From contig CAMNSE010000003.1 of assembly GCA_946554525.1 (NCBI GenBank), positions 28,683 through 92,682 on the forward strand: a stretch of 64,000 nucleotides of DNA. The letters run 5' to 3'. A program made the translations under genes and the position numbers. Shown here in pieces: positions 32,801 through 41,973 of the stretch (position 1 is the stretch's first letter; every line of letters begins with the position of its first letter). Below the pieces are notes generated by a model, which was not told the origin of the DNA, ran no database searches, and saw only the letters and a list, made by a program, of their open reading frames with translations. The stretch comes from an uncultured Mycoplasma sp. (GTDB lineage: Bacteria; Bacillota_I; Bacilli_A; RF39; UBA660).

Positions 32801-33748
32801 CCGGCTGCTAAGTATGTCTCTAAAATATCTACAGTAAATGCAAGTTATGAGCCAATAAATGACAGATATAATTATTTACCATCTGGTATTGTTGGAGGAA
32901 AAAATGAATATCCTGGATCTTCAATTTTAGCTGGGAACCGTTTATCAGTAGATTTGAATTCTGGCAAAGAAATAAAACAATATGATATTTCAATTAGCAA
33001 TTTAGGGGAATTTTATGATTCTGATTCTGATTCTAAAAAACTTGGGCGCCTAATAGGAGACGATAATGCTGCTTTAAAAGAAAATGAACTACTAAATATA
33101 AACAATAACAATCAAGCTACTTATCATTGCAGTTACTTAGTTAATATGGGTAATATAAAAGAAGGCGACTTAGAATGTGTATTTGATGGATGCGGTGAAC
33201 CGTGCAAATTTGAGTGTGTAGGGTCTGGATGTGAAGATCATTGTCCTGGAGGAAATTGCGATTTTGATTGTTTAGGTAGTGGATGCATTTATAGTAAAGA
33301 AGATGGTCTTTATGTATACGAAAAAGAAATATCTTTAAATAATTTGTTCCCAGTGGGAACCGATTCTTATAACTGGAGTAGTAGTAATCAAAAAGCTAAA
33401 GATACTGTAGCAGAAATTCAAGAAAAAGCCGAGAATGTATATGCTGAAGATCCAATTTTAAAAGTAACTATTGATGGTAGCGCTGCAGCCAAAATAAAAG
33501 CATATAATAAAGAACACCCAAGTTATTCTGATGGCTCTATGTATTTTAGAGATATAGGTGATTATGAAAAAATTGCTGGATATAGTCAATTTATTGATGA
33601 GCTAATTAAAGGAACATATGGCGTGGATATTGATAGTAATAGTGAAGTTTTAACAAAGAGAAATACTAATAATCCAACTCAAAATAATTATTTTAGCATA
33701 TGGGGAAAGTATAGAGGCCAATCAATGCTTGGGCCTTCATGGAAGTAG
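29849..33748 (+). CDS. Module 1 gene B: 1299-aa secreted cysteine-rich giant protein
   Basis: Sec signal peptide (…FVSA/SQ), uninterrupted 3.9-kb ORF, RBS AGGAG. Aligns along its whole length with 35011..38700. No recognisable wall or membrane anchor at the C-terminus. Confidence 0.8.
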   Translation: MQKNKKVVLLCITLFVSLFSFNNFVSASQTKETKESGVIVADNEKLEKATKINQTHTDYNLHYYGMNISKNGNIITSDQTSNYLYEHHYNTNKTNETKNIFCLDAIKKGTQELYAIRFLMDAENHDSVSAYDAAIMSVLTAEATYTHKSIAIRAISFLWNYNKTEAGYNLSQDVKDLVEAYSGQVFKWINEDQDIQGLYLELYKKIDKTRDKELPNVNISNGDIYDFDGNKIANNGYHFDYNKNVDGISENNTIIPARNLFAWALRDALNYLNSKEKANVKEGVTSSSVVNVEKQGEQDLVSGVITHNFVLKEFTNDDKASFMISNLKYKYTYKGVESGVPVVDSITIKNGSNTTKFTKENYNGSFLNVNLLDSSKFNIPALDYSKEITISVGVKIAGYKAVEGATPTKETLKCSNGTLEYQFDYTWQDSSLKAFNKFDNYVGIVWYGTLAGGEATDTGNQRFISVETNANASSSSPNSNSNSNRAKGSYTFDLGCDSCNTLISKCNGNDSEACSMLAERSDCGCEAYQTLCNKGDDAMCTKLDEDPACLPATCGTEVVGNFQCCDLEDNILLVETKNKEININGPQNVVSCFVNQVDSRRTSGTDEGIINDEAGNSYVMLNNRYCTVSCKEDYVLSMPSSKKVNASGYFTFDMSIKGTKSCYTNTIDKNETFMDDVRDAEAAVKEASDVYNAVILIRNAAKSSEFSKTSETHTGSTDYSYSCTKTRIVTGTDCSDRSDCYRKCKNSPNQTECGDACDEIKCKPTTTTETYTGTCDDGTCSNTPTSGTGYSFAAYGGTYYYGVKSISGPNNHGSSSTSSSCTWSKNYYTTPALSYSNTFNKKSYNRTSSYTLTSAESYDDIVSDAYNVLIAANERLENIINDYEKCSTFTNKYEYKPVINYSYYVDKVKTIKGDMGLVDSNSNKKDGENAEEWYCTTSLTNGYGPGNCRGINNESTSMPTRTIRVFKCSITSNDPTCINQDVEIPAAKYVSKISTVNASYEPINDRYNYLPSGIVGGKNEYPGSSILAGNRLSVDLNSGKEIKQYDISISNLGEFYDSDSDSKKLGRLIGDDNAALKENELLNINNNNQATYHCSYLVNMGNIKEGDLECVFDGCGEPCKFECVGSGCEDHCPGGNCDFDCLGSGCIYSKEDGLYVYEKEISLNNLFPVGTDSYNWSSSNQKAKDTVAEIQEKAENVYAEDPILKVTIDGSAAAKIKAYNKEHPSYSDGSMYFRDIGDYEKIAGYSQFIDELIKGTYGVDIDSNSEVLTKRNTNNPTQNNYFSIWGKYRGQSMLGPSWK

Positions 33749-33763
33749 AAAAGGAGAGATTAT

Positions 33764-34165
33764 ATGAGCCAATCTTATTGGGGATATTGGTTAGTGTTAT
33801 TTGGCGTGGGAATTGTAGGCTTAATGATTTCTGTCCAAAATTTAACAACTACTAATACACAAGATTATTATAGCTTAAAAGAAGTAACAGAATCTGCGAT
33901 GCTAGAAGCTATAGACTATGGATACTATAGAGAATATAATGAGCTAAAAATTAATAAAGAAAAATTTATGGAAGTGCTTATTAGAAAAGTAGCAGAAGAC
34001 ATGAATTCTACCGACAAGTATGAAATAGCTTTTTATGGTATTTATGAAGCTCCACCAAAAGTTAGTGTAGAAATTAAAAGTATGAGTGGAACACGATTTG
34101 TTACAGATAGCGGGTATGATACTGTTAACCGCGTAGATGCAATTTTAAAGCAATATGAAGAATAA
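33764..34165 (+). CDS. Module 1 gene C: 133-aa protein with N-terminal hydrophobic helix (pseudopilin-like topology)
   Basis: MSQSYWGYWLVLFGVGIVGLMISV... RBS AAGGAGAG. About two-thirds identical by eye to 38702..39112. Confidence 0.7.
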   Translation: MSQSYWGYWLVLFGVGIVGLMISVQNLTTTNTQDYYSLKEVTESAMLEAIDYGYYREYNELKINKEKFMEVLIRKVAEDMNSTDKYEIAFYGIYEAPPKVSVEIKSMSGTRFVTDSGYDTVNRVDAILKQYEE

Positions 34166-34167
34166 TT

Positions 34168-34207
34168 AAAAAACAAGCAAAAAATAATAAAAAATGCTTG
34201 TTTTTTC
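34168..34207 (+). terminator. Terminator separating module 1 from module 2
   Basis: AAAAACAAGCA...TGCTTGTTTTT stem with an A-rich loop, followed by Ts. Confidence 0.6.
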
Positions 34208-34220
34208 TTATGTAAAATGC

Positions 34221-34249
34221 TTGAAAAAGTATTGTATACATGCTATAAT
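34221..34249 (+). promoter_or_regulatory. Sigma-A promoter of module 2 plus Tad-like core
   Basis: TTGAAA, 17 nt spacer, TGC-TATAAT (extended -10). Confidence 0.6.
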
Positions 34250-34274
34250 TTTGAATATGAGGTGGTTGAGAACT

Positions 34275-35021
34275 ATGAGGAAAATGAGCACATTTGCTTT
34301 AGCTATTTTGACATTCTTATTTGGGACTAATATTGTTAGCGCTCTTTGTGAAGCATCTGAAATGAATAGACTAAATACTTTAGCAGTTAATGTAAGAAGT
34401 GATTTTGAAGAAATAGAAGAAGTAATGGATCCAGATGAGTATGACTTGCCAGATGGTACAGAGACAGAAGAACTGCCAGAATTAAAAAGATTGTTTTTTA
34501 AAGTAAATATTTACAATGTTACTGATGAGCTATATGTTTTAGTTCATAATAATGTAACTAATGAAACTAAAAAGTTTACTTATCAGGATAGTAAAGATGG
34601 AGTAATAAGTTTTATTTGGGATGACTTATATTCGATTGTAAACTATACAATCACTGTATATAGTTCTGATAAAACAAATTGCGTAGACACAAAATTACAT
34701 ACTTTATATCAAACAACACCAAGATTTAATGAATATAGTAGTTTGGCTGCTTGTGATAATGCTGATGACTTCTATTTATGTCATAAGTATATTACTGTTG
34801 AAACAACAGACTTTAGTAACTTTATAGCCAAAGTTGACGAATACAAAAAGGGCAAAGTTAACGAAAAAGGTGAAGAAATAGTCTCACCTAATAAAAAGAA
34901 TGAAAATTTTATAAGTGAATATAAAAATATAATTATTGCTGTTAGTGCAGCAGTAGTTATAGTTGGGGTTATATCTGTGGTAGTAGTAATAATCAGGAGG
35001 AGTGGTAAAAATGAAAAATAG
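34275..35021 (+). CDS. Module 2 gene A: type-I membrane protein, paralogue of 29095..29862
   Basis: Signal peptide ...NIVSA/LCEASEMNRLN matches ...ECSTEEMNKLN of the paralogue. The four Cys are conserved. C-terminal TM plus RRSGKNEK. Start at ATG 34275 after GAGGTGG. Confidence 0.75.
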   Translation: MRKMSTFALAILTFLFGTNIVSALCEASEMNRLNTLAVNVRSDFEEIEEVMDPDEYDLPDGTETEELPELKRLFFKVNIYNVTDELYVLVHNNVTNETKKFTYQDSKDGVISFIWDDLYSIVNYTITVYSSDKTNCVDTKLHTLYQTTPRFNEYSSLAACDNADDFYLCHKYITVETTDFSNFIAKVDEYKKGKVNEKGEEIVSPNKKNENFISEYKNIIIAVSAAVVIVGVISVVVVIIRRSGKNEK

Positions 35022-38000
35022 TTTAAAAAAAGTAAACTTATTATTAATAGCCTTAATGGTATTATTTAGTGGATTAAAATCAGTTTATGCTACAAGAGAA
35101 GAAAGAATAGGTGCTGATAATCAAAAAGTAATAGCTGATAGTGAGAGTACTAAAGGTGTTACTTATACTACTAAAGCAAAGATATCTAGTGCTAGTAGAA
35201 GTTCATATTATAAATTTGGTCTATCTTGGACTGGGACTGACGGAAAAAGTTATAGTAACAATAACATTTCTTATGCAACGTATTATGATAATTATCGTAT
35301 AAAGAAGACATCATTTTACTTATATTGTTTAGATCCAGCAAACTGGTCTGAAAGTGGACTTTATGCAAAACGCTTTTTATTGTCTCCATCAAATAGTTTA
35401 GGAGTTAATTCTTATGATACAGCTCTTATGTATATCCTAACAAGCAATGAATCTTATGCGGCCAAAAGTATTGCTATAAGATCAATTAGTGCTTTATGGG
35501 GATATGAATATGGCAATGATGATTTAGCAACTGATATAGGAAAAAATTCATACCGTTTATATGCTGCATATTTTGGACAAGCATTAAAATGGCTTGAAAA
35601 AGAAGGAATAAGTTCATCTTATAATAGGCTTTTAAATGCCGGTGTGGGTCTTAAATCTATTGATTCCTTAAAGAGTGGTAGTCTTGAAGTTAATAATGTC
35701 ACTTATAGTTATAAATTATATGGCTTTAGTGATTATAGTGGAGGAAATACTGTATCTAAAGCGGAAGAATTATTTAAGGGTGCTTTATCAAAAGCAGCGG
35801 ATTATGCTGAAGCTAATAAAAATGGCTTTGCAAATGTTGGAGAAAATAAAACTCTTGCTCCAGTTAAAACACCTGAAGTCGTAACAAGCGATACTGAAAT
35901 GATTTCATATAGAAAAACTTATGATTTCACTTTAAATAAGTTTACAAATGATGGTAAAGCATTTTTCTCAATTGATAGTTTAAAATTTGATAAAGGTGCA
36001 GCTGCTGTTGGAGCTAGATTTGAGCCTTATGTTATTGCAGTTTCTGTTAATGATAATGTGATTTATGATAGAGCAAAAAATATTGGAACTCTTAATTATA
36101 AAGATAACATTTTAGCTTATCAATCAGTAAAAGATTTAAATATTGATGTTAGTAAAGATGTTAAGATTTCAGTAACAATTGAAATACTAGCATATTATAA
36201 TGTAAGTGGAAATGAAAATCATATTAGTTGTGCAACACAACCAATGGATTATACACTAGCTTATAGTTATAATGATTCTTCTATCCCTAATTCATACAGC
36301 AATTATCTAGGAATAGTTTGGCAAGGTAAGAAAATTTCTTCAAGTGGGAAACCAGTTATATCTCAAAGATTTATTTCTGTTGAAAAATTAAATGATGAAA
36401 ATAGTAATGATGGAAAAAAGACAGTAGAAATGAAGGATAGTGTTAGTTTAATTGAATGTGGAAGCTGTTCAACATTAGCTAGCCTTTGTGAGAAAACTGG
36501 TAATCGCTTTAGTGCTGAATGTACTAAGCTTAAAGAAGCTAATTGTGGATGTACTTATTTAAATACTTTCTGTAGTCTTGGAGATAATGACGCATGTAAT
36601 AAGTACGAAAAAGAGTGTGCATCATCTTGTGAAACTACCGTTTCTAACGAATTCCAATGCTGTGATGAGGCTAATGATATATTACTAATTTCTCAAGAAA
36701 ATAAAAAAGATATTGAAATTAATGGACCATCAAATACAGTTGCATGTTTTGTTAATAAAATAGATGAAATTAAAAATAACAAGAATGATAACACAGGATA
36801 TACTGGTGTTAGTGTAGAAGATGAAGCACATAATAGCTATACGATGCTATCTAATAAATATTGTGCAGTTTCATGTAAAGAAGATTATGCGATGAATCTT
36901 CCATCTTCTAAACTTGTTAATGCCGGAAGATATTTCACATTTAGAATGGGTATTGAAGGCAAAAAAACATGTTATACAAGTACAATTGATAAAAGCTCAT
37001 ATAATACTGATATAAAAAATGCTCAAATAGAACTTATTAATGCTTATAATGATTATGTTATATATAAAGCAGCTCAAGATAAAGCAAACGCTAATGGTAT
37101 TACTTCATCTACACTTGATTGTGCAAGCGGATGCGGAACTCGTACTGGATATAGTTTATCTATTTCTATTTTAGGATTTGAACCTGTTGTAAATAACGAT
37201 GGTACTGTTTCAAGAACAACTAAACAATTAAATAAAACATTTAGCTCAAATGGAACTACGGGAAGTTCACACTATAGTTGTACCACAGCAGCTAATGGCA
37301 AACAAAGCTGTGAATGGGTATGCGATTCTTCTTGTAAAGACGGTAGTAGTAGTGAGATAAAAACTGAGGTTTCACAAGGATTAGAAAAAGCTAAAACTAG
37401 ACTTGCAAATGCTAAAAAAAGTTATGAAAGTATTATTAGTGATTTTAATTCATGTACAAACTTTACAACTGATATAAATTTTGATCCTGAAGTTACTTAT
37501 GATTATCAAGAATTCTATAATAGTAAAGCTGTTATGGAGGAATATAATAAGAAGACTGGTACTACATATCAAGGAGAAAATTATGATGAAGAATGGTATT
37601 GTGATGGTACTGTAAGTGGGTCAAAATATAATTGTAGTATTAGTCCTTATAAGACTCAAACAGGCCATTTAGTAACTAGAGTTTATACAGTATGTACTGA
37701 GGCAGGTTGTAGTAACGATACTAAATATATTTCAACAGCAAACTATGCTAAGAAAACAGAGACTGTAAGTGCAAGCTATAGACCAACAACACTTTACTAT
37801 AATCGTTATCCAAATGGTACAATTTCTACTAATGAAAGTGATAATAATGATGTGGCGCTTGAAAATAGACTTCCTGTATCACTTAATACAAAACGAGGAA
37901 TTTATGAATATAATATCAATATTACTGATTTAGGAGAGTTCTATAAAGAAGAATCTTTAGGAAGACTTGCTGGATCTTCTAATAGAGCAGTTCTTGCTCA

Positions 38001-38700
38001 AAAGAAATTTAATGATCTTACAAATTATATTAATAACAGTATTAATTATAATTGTTCTTACTTAGTTAATATGGGTAAGATTGATGAAGGTATGTTAAAA
38101 TGTGACTTTGGCTCTTGTAAAGATGGCCTTTGTGACTTTGAATGCGTTGGCCCTGGATGTGGACAATATTGCGATAATGGACATTGCGACTATAATTGTA
38201 TAGGAGCTGGATGTATTTATAATGAAGGCGATGGAACAAGCTTATTTGAAAAACAAGTTTCTTTAAATAATTTATTCCCAAATGGTACTGATTCTTATAA
38301 TTGGAATGAAGAAAAAAATAGTAAAGCTGATCAAACTATCGAAATGATTGAAGGAAAAGCAAATACCATTTATGATGAAAAACCAATTTTAAGTATTACC
38401 ATTACTCCAACAACAGCTAAAGCAATAAAAAAATATAATAAAGATAATAAAAATGTTTATACAAATGATACCTTAACTTGTAAAGATATTAATAAACATG
38501 AAAATATTGCTTGCTATAGTAATGTATTATCACAATTAATTGAAGGAACATTTAATGGTATTGATAAAAACGCAATAAATTATGTTGATGAGGCACGTAA
38601 TCCTGAAAATACAAATAGTGGATATTTCACAACATGGAGTAGTGTTTCAGAAAATAATATGTTAGGACCATCTTGGAAAATAGGAAAGGAGCAAAAATAA
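35011..38700 (+). CDS. Module 2 gene B: about 1229-aa secreted cysteine-rich giant protein
   Basis: Sec signal peptide (…SVYA/TR) and AGGAGG RBS. The start overlaps the end of gene A. Cys clusters are conserved with 29849..33748. Confidence 0.8.
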   Translation: MKNSLKKVNLLLIALMVLFSGLKSVYATREERIGADNQKVIADSESTKGVTYTTKAKISSASRSSYYKFGLSWTGTDGKSYSNNNISYATYYDNYRIKKTSFYLYCLDPANWSESGLYAKRFLLSPSNSLGVNSYDTALMYILTSNESYAAKSIAIRSISALWGYEYGNDDLATDIGKNSYRLYAAYFGQALKWLEKEGISSSYNRLLNAGVGLKSIDSLKSGSLEVNNVTYSYKLYGFSDYSGGNTVSKAEELFKGALSKAADYAEANKNGFANVGENKTLAPVKTPEVVTSDTEMISYRKTYDFTLNKFTNDGKAFFSIDSLKFDKGAAAVGARFEPYVIAVSVNDNVIYDRAKNIGTLNYKDNILAYQSVKDLNIDVSKDVKISVTIEILAYYNVSGNENHISCATQPMDYTLAYSYNDSSIPNSYSNYLGIVWQGKKISSSGKPVISQRFISVEKLNDENSNDGKKTVEMKDSVSLIECGSCSTLASLCEKTGNRFSAECTKLKEANCGCTYLNTFCSLGDNDACNKYEKECASSCETTVSNEFQCCDEANDILLISQENKKDIEINGPSNTVACFVNKIDEIKNNKNDNTGYTGVSVEDEAHNSYTMLSNKYCAVSCKEDYAMNLPSSKLVNAGRYFTFRMGIEGKKTCYTSTIDKSSYNTDIKNAQIELINAYNDYVIYKAAQDKANANGITSSTLDCASGCGTRTGYSLSISILGFEPVVNNDGTVSRTTKQLNKTFSSNGTTGSSHYSCTTAANGKQSCEWVCDSSCKDGSSSEIKTEVSQGLEKAKTRLANAKKSYESIISDFNSCTNFTTDINFDPEVTYDYQEFYNSKAVMEEYNKKTGTTYQGENYDEEWYCDGTVSGSKYNCSISPYKTQTGHLVTRVYTVCTEAGCSNDTKYISTANYAKKTETVSASYRPTTLYYNRYPNGTISTNESDNNDVALENRLPVSLNTKRGIYEYNINITDLGEFYKEESLGRLAGSSNRAVLAQKKFNDLTNYINNSINYNCSYLVNMGKIDEGMLKCDFGSCKDGLCDFECVGPGCGQYCDNGHCDYNCIGAGCIYNEGDGTSLFEKQVSLNNLFPNGTDSYNWNEEKNSKADQTIEMIEGKANTIYDEKPILSITITPTTAKAIKKYNKDNKNVYTNDTLTCKDINKHENIACYSNVLSQLIEGTFNGIDKNAINYVDEARNPENTNSGYFTTWSSVSENNMLGPSWKIGKEQK

Positions 38701-38701
38701 T

Positions 38702-39112
38702 ATGAGTCATTCTTATTGGGGCTATTGGCTAATAACTTTTGGAATTGCTATTGTAGGACTTATGGTTAGTGTTCAAGGTATTACAACCACTACAACTCAA
38801 GATTATTATAGTTTGAAAGAAATCACTGAATCAGCTATGTTAGAATCAGTTGACTATGGATATTATAGAGACTATAATGAAGTTAAGATTAATGGTGAAA
38901 AGTTTATGGAAGTATTTATTAGAATGCTTAGTGAAACTATAAGTAATGAAACTTATGAAGTAAACTTTTATGATTTATATGAAGCTCCACCAAAGGTGAG
39001 CGTAGAGATTAAAAGTAATAGTGGAACAAACTTTATCTCAAGTGGCAGTTATGATAGTGTAAATCGCGTGGATGCAATTTTACAAACATATGCTGAGGAA
39101 GTAGAAAGTTAA
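38702..39112 (+). CDS. Module 2 gene C: 136-aa protein with N-terminal hydrophobic helix
   Basis: MSHSYWGYWLITFGIAIVGLMVSV... Starts 1 nt after the giant gene's stop. Confidence 0.7.
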   Translation: MSHSYWGYWLITFGIAIVGLMVSVQGITTTTTQDYYSLKEITESAMLESVDYGYYRDYNEVKINGEKFMEVFIRMLSETISNETYEVNFYDLYEAPPKVSVEIKSNSGTNFISSGSYDSVNRVDAILQTYAEEVES

Positions 39113-39127
39113 TAGGAGGAATAAAAA

Positions 39128-39925
39128 ATGGGAAATATCGGAGCAACATTCAAACGGTTTTTATCTAATAAAAATACTGTTACGATACTAGGAGTGCTAG
39201 CAGGTTTAGCTGTTTTAATCGTTGGATATAATTGGCGAGTAAATCATGCGGTTGAAACTATTAATATACCGTATGCTAAAAAAACTATTACAGCAACAGG
39301 ACCTATTGCTGCTGATAATATTGGTTTTGTTAAGGTTCTTAATGAAACAGTAAAAAATAATAAAAATATTATTACGGATCGAAATAGTTTAATTAGTAAT
39401 AATACTAATTATTGTGTAACATTTGGAACTAGTGTTCCTGAAGGTGCATTTTTCTACAGAGAGCAAGTAGTTAATTGTAAAACAATTCCAAATGATCCTT
39501 TTAAAAATATGCCTGATGGTTATAAACCAGTAGAGTTATCCGTTGATATTCATTCAACATATGGTAATTCAATGTACCCTGGAGATTATATTGATTTATA
39601 TGTTAAAATGCAATCAAGTGATAATAAAGTAATTTTTGGAAAGTTTATATCTAAGATACAAATTGCTGATGTAAGAGATAGTCGTGGTAATAGTGTATTC
39701 TTAACTAGTACTGCTTCTGAACCTTCAACGCTTCTTTTCACAGTAAAGGAAGAATACTTCTTATTACTTAGAAAAGCAATTTATAGTGGTAAAGTAACAC
39801 TTGAACCAGTGCCAGGTAATGCATCATATACTAGTAATCCTGGAGATATGGCTGTAGAAAGTGAATACTTAAGACAACAAATTTTAAATTATACTTCAGA
39901 TATCCCTGATGAAGTAGTTCAATAA
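39128..39925 (+). CDS. cpaB: CpaB/RcpC-like pilus-assembly protein (N-terminal TM, SAF-like and beta-clip-like regions)
   Basis: TM helix VTILGVLAGLAVLIVGY. The segment YKPVELSVDIHSTYGNSMYPGDYIDLYV resembles the CpaB motif (...G.RA.S..V......G.I.PGD.VD...). Position is directly upstream of the TadA-like ATPase. Confidence 0.55.
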   Translation: MGNIGATFKRFLSNKNTVTILGVLAGLAVLIVGYNWRVNHAVETINIPYAKKTITATGPIAADNIGFVKVLNETVKNNKNIITDRNSLISNNTNYCVTFGTSVPEGAFFYREQVVNCKTIPNDPFKNMPDGYKPVELSVDIHSTYGNSMYPGDYIDLYVKMQSSDNKVIFGKFISKIQIADVRDSRGNSVFLTSTASEPSTLLFTVKEEYFLLLRKAIYSGKVTLEPVPGNASYTSNPGDMAVESEYLRQQILNYTSDIPDEVVQ

Positions 39926-39964
39926 ATAATTTATTAAAAGAATAAAGTAAAAGGAGGTGTTATA

Positions 39965-41053
39965 ATGAATGATGCCATATTTTCGCAAATTGATTTTGGC
40001 CCATTAAAAGAATTTATCGATATTGATGATATTACCGATATTTCTTATAGTAATGGAGGACAAGTTTGGTTAAAGTCATTAACTAAAGGTGTCTATCAAG
40101 TTGAGAGACCCGAAATTAATAATGCGCTAGTAGAAAAGTTAGCATTCCAATGTTCTAACGTAATGGGTAAAACATTCAATATGGCACATCCTTTTTTAGA
40201 TGCAGAATCTACAGAGTTACGTCTAAATTTTATTCATGAATCAATAGCTACTAATGGGGTAGCGCTGGTTATTCGTAAAACGCCAGCTAAGATTCGACTA
40301 AATAGGGAAAAGTTATTAAATGAAGAATATGTAAGTGCGGATTTATTAGATTTTCTTCTTAATTGTGTCCAAGGACATGCCAATATTATTGTAAGTGGAG
40401 AAACTGGTTCAGGTAAAACAGAGTTAGTAAAGTATTTAGCTAGTACAACAAAAGAAAATGAAAAAATCATTACAATAGAAGATACGCTTGAGTTACATTT
40501 AGACCGGATATTTCCACATCGTGATATTGTTGCAATGAAGACAAATAATATTGCAAGCTATTCTGATGTTTTAGTTACTTGTATGAGACAGAATCCAATA
40601 TGGATATTACTATCAGAAGTTCGTAGTGCAGAAGCAGTTATGGCAGTACGTAACTCGATATCTTCTGGGCACCATATTATATCTACTATCCACTCAGATA
40701 AAGCAGCATTAATACCAATGCGTATGTATAGTTTGATTGAATCCAATATTGATGTTGAACAATTCTTAACAACAATTCATAGATATGTACAAATTGGTAT
40801 TTATGTAAAGGGATATATGAGCGAGAAATTAGGTAGGTTTCAAAGAGAAATTATGGAAATTGTGGAGTTTTATGTTGATAAAGACAATAAACCTCAAGTA
40901 AATACAATTTATCAAAAAACATTAGATGGAAAATTTACATTAAATAATCCGACACAGAATTTAAGAAATTATTTAGCAATACAAGGAGTTATTTTACCAG
41001 AGGATTTATTTCATTTAAATGATAAAAAAAATGAAGAAATAGAAACTTTATAG
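39965..41053 (+). CDS. tadA: TadA/CpaF/VirB11-family secretion ATPase
   Basis: Walker A GETGSGKTE, IITIEDTLEL (Asp box), RQNPIWILLSEVR (Walker B region), GHHIISTIHS (His box). Confidence 0.8.
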   Translation: MNDAIFSQIDFGPLKEFIDIDDITDISYSNGGQVWLKSLTKGVYQVERPEINNALVEKLAFQCSNVMGKTFNMAHPFLDAESTELRLNFIHESIATNGVALVIRKTPAKIRLNREKLLNEEYVSADLLDFLLNCVQGHANIIVSGETGSGKTELVKYLASTTKENEKIITIEDTLELHLDRIFPHRDIVAMKTNNIASYSDVLVTCMRQNPIWILLSEVRSAEAVMAVRNSISSGHHIISTIHSDKAALIPMRMYSLIESNIDVEQFLTTIHRYVQIGIYVKGYMSEKLGRFQREIMEIVEFYVDKDNKPQVNTIYQKTLDGKFTLNNPTQNLRNYLAIQGVILPEDLFHLNDKKNEEIETL

Positions 41054-41067
41054 AAGGAGGAAACTTT

Positions 41068-41973
41068 ATGGGTATGCTTGAATACTTTATACTCGCATTA
41101 ATTGCAATATTTATTATTATTTACCGCAGAAATGATGGAAAAGACTCTTTTTATAAGTTTGTCAAAAAGCAATTTAACGGTGTTTATGAAAAATATGCGC
41201 CTTATAGTTATAAAACAATAAGTGAAAAAATGAAAGAATTAAAACAAGAATATACACCCAAAGATTATGCTATGCAAGTTGTAGTTATGGGTGGTATGGC
41301 CGGTGTAATTTCTTTCCTTTATTTCTATAATATTATTATAACTGCTATATATGCTGGAATTGCTGTTTTGTTTGTACCTTATTTGTCTTATCTTAGAAGT
41401 AAAAGATTATATAGTGAATATTTATTTGAACAGATTCAAATTTATACAACAAATGTTATTATGGAATTTAATACTACTCAAAGTTTTGTTAAATCATTAG
41501 AAGGAGTAAGAGATTCTGGAATTTTAGAGGATCCTGTACTTGCGGATATTAAAGTGATGATAAATATGTCATATCAAAATGGAACAATTGATGAATCTAT
41601 TGAATATTTCAATGAAAAATATCCTTATTATATGGTTAAAAATATGCATCAACTATTTTTACAAATTACTAAAGAAGGTGCTAAAGATTCTGGAGAAGCG
41701 CTTGAAAATATGAGTATGGATATAGATGCATTAGTAGAAGGCGTTTATCGCGATCAAATGGATCGTAAACAATTTCATAGCAAGTTCTTAACATTTGGGC
41801 TAGCTTTATTTTTCTTAGTTGCAGTTATGCAAGTGTTACTTGGTCGTAAAAGCTATCTTAAACTACTAAATTTATGGTATGTTCAAATTATATTACATGT
41901 GATTATTATTATAAACTGTTATTTTTTAATGACAGGAGAAAAGTATTATAATGATGATGTGGGGGTAGAATAA
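41068..41973 (+). CDS. tadB: TadB-like platform protein (T2SS-F-like topology)
   Basis: N-terminal TM, TM pair, about 130-aa soluble helical domain, two C-terminal TMs. Immediately follows the ATPase. Confidence 0.55.
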   Translation: MGMLEYFILALIAIFIIIYRRNDGKDSFYKFVKKQFNGVYEKYAPYSYKTISEKMKELKQEYTPKDYAMQVVVMGGMAGVISFLYFYNIIITAIYAGIAVLFVPYLSYLRSKRLYSEYLFEQIQIYTTNVIMEFNTTQSFVKSLEGVRDSGILEDPVLADIKVMINMSYQNGTIDESIEYFNEKYPYYMVKNMHQLFLQITKEGAKDSGEALENMSMDIDALVEGVYRDQMDRKQFHSKFLTFGLALFFLVAVMQVLLGRKSYLKLLNLWYVQIILHVIIIINCYFLMTGEKYYNDDVGVE

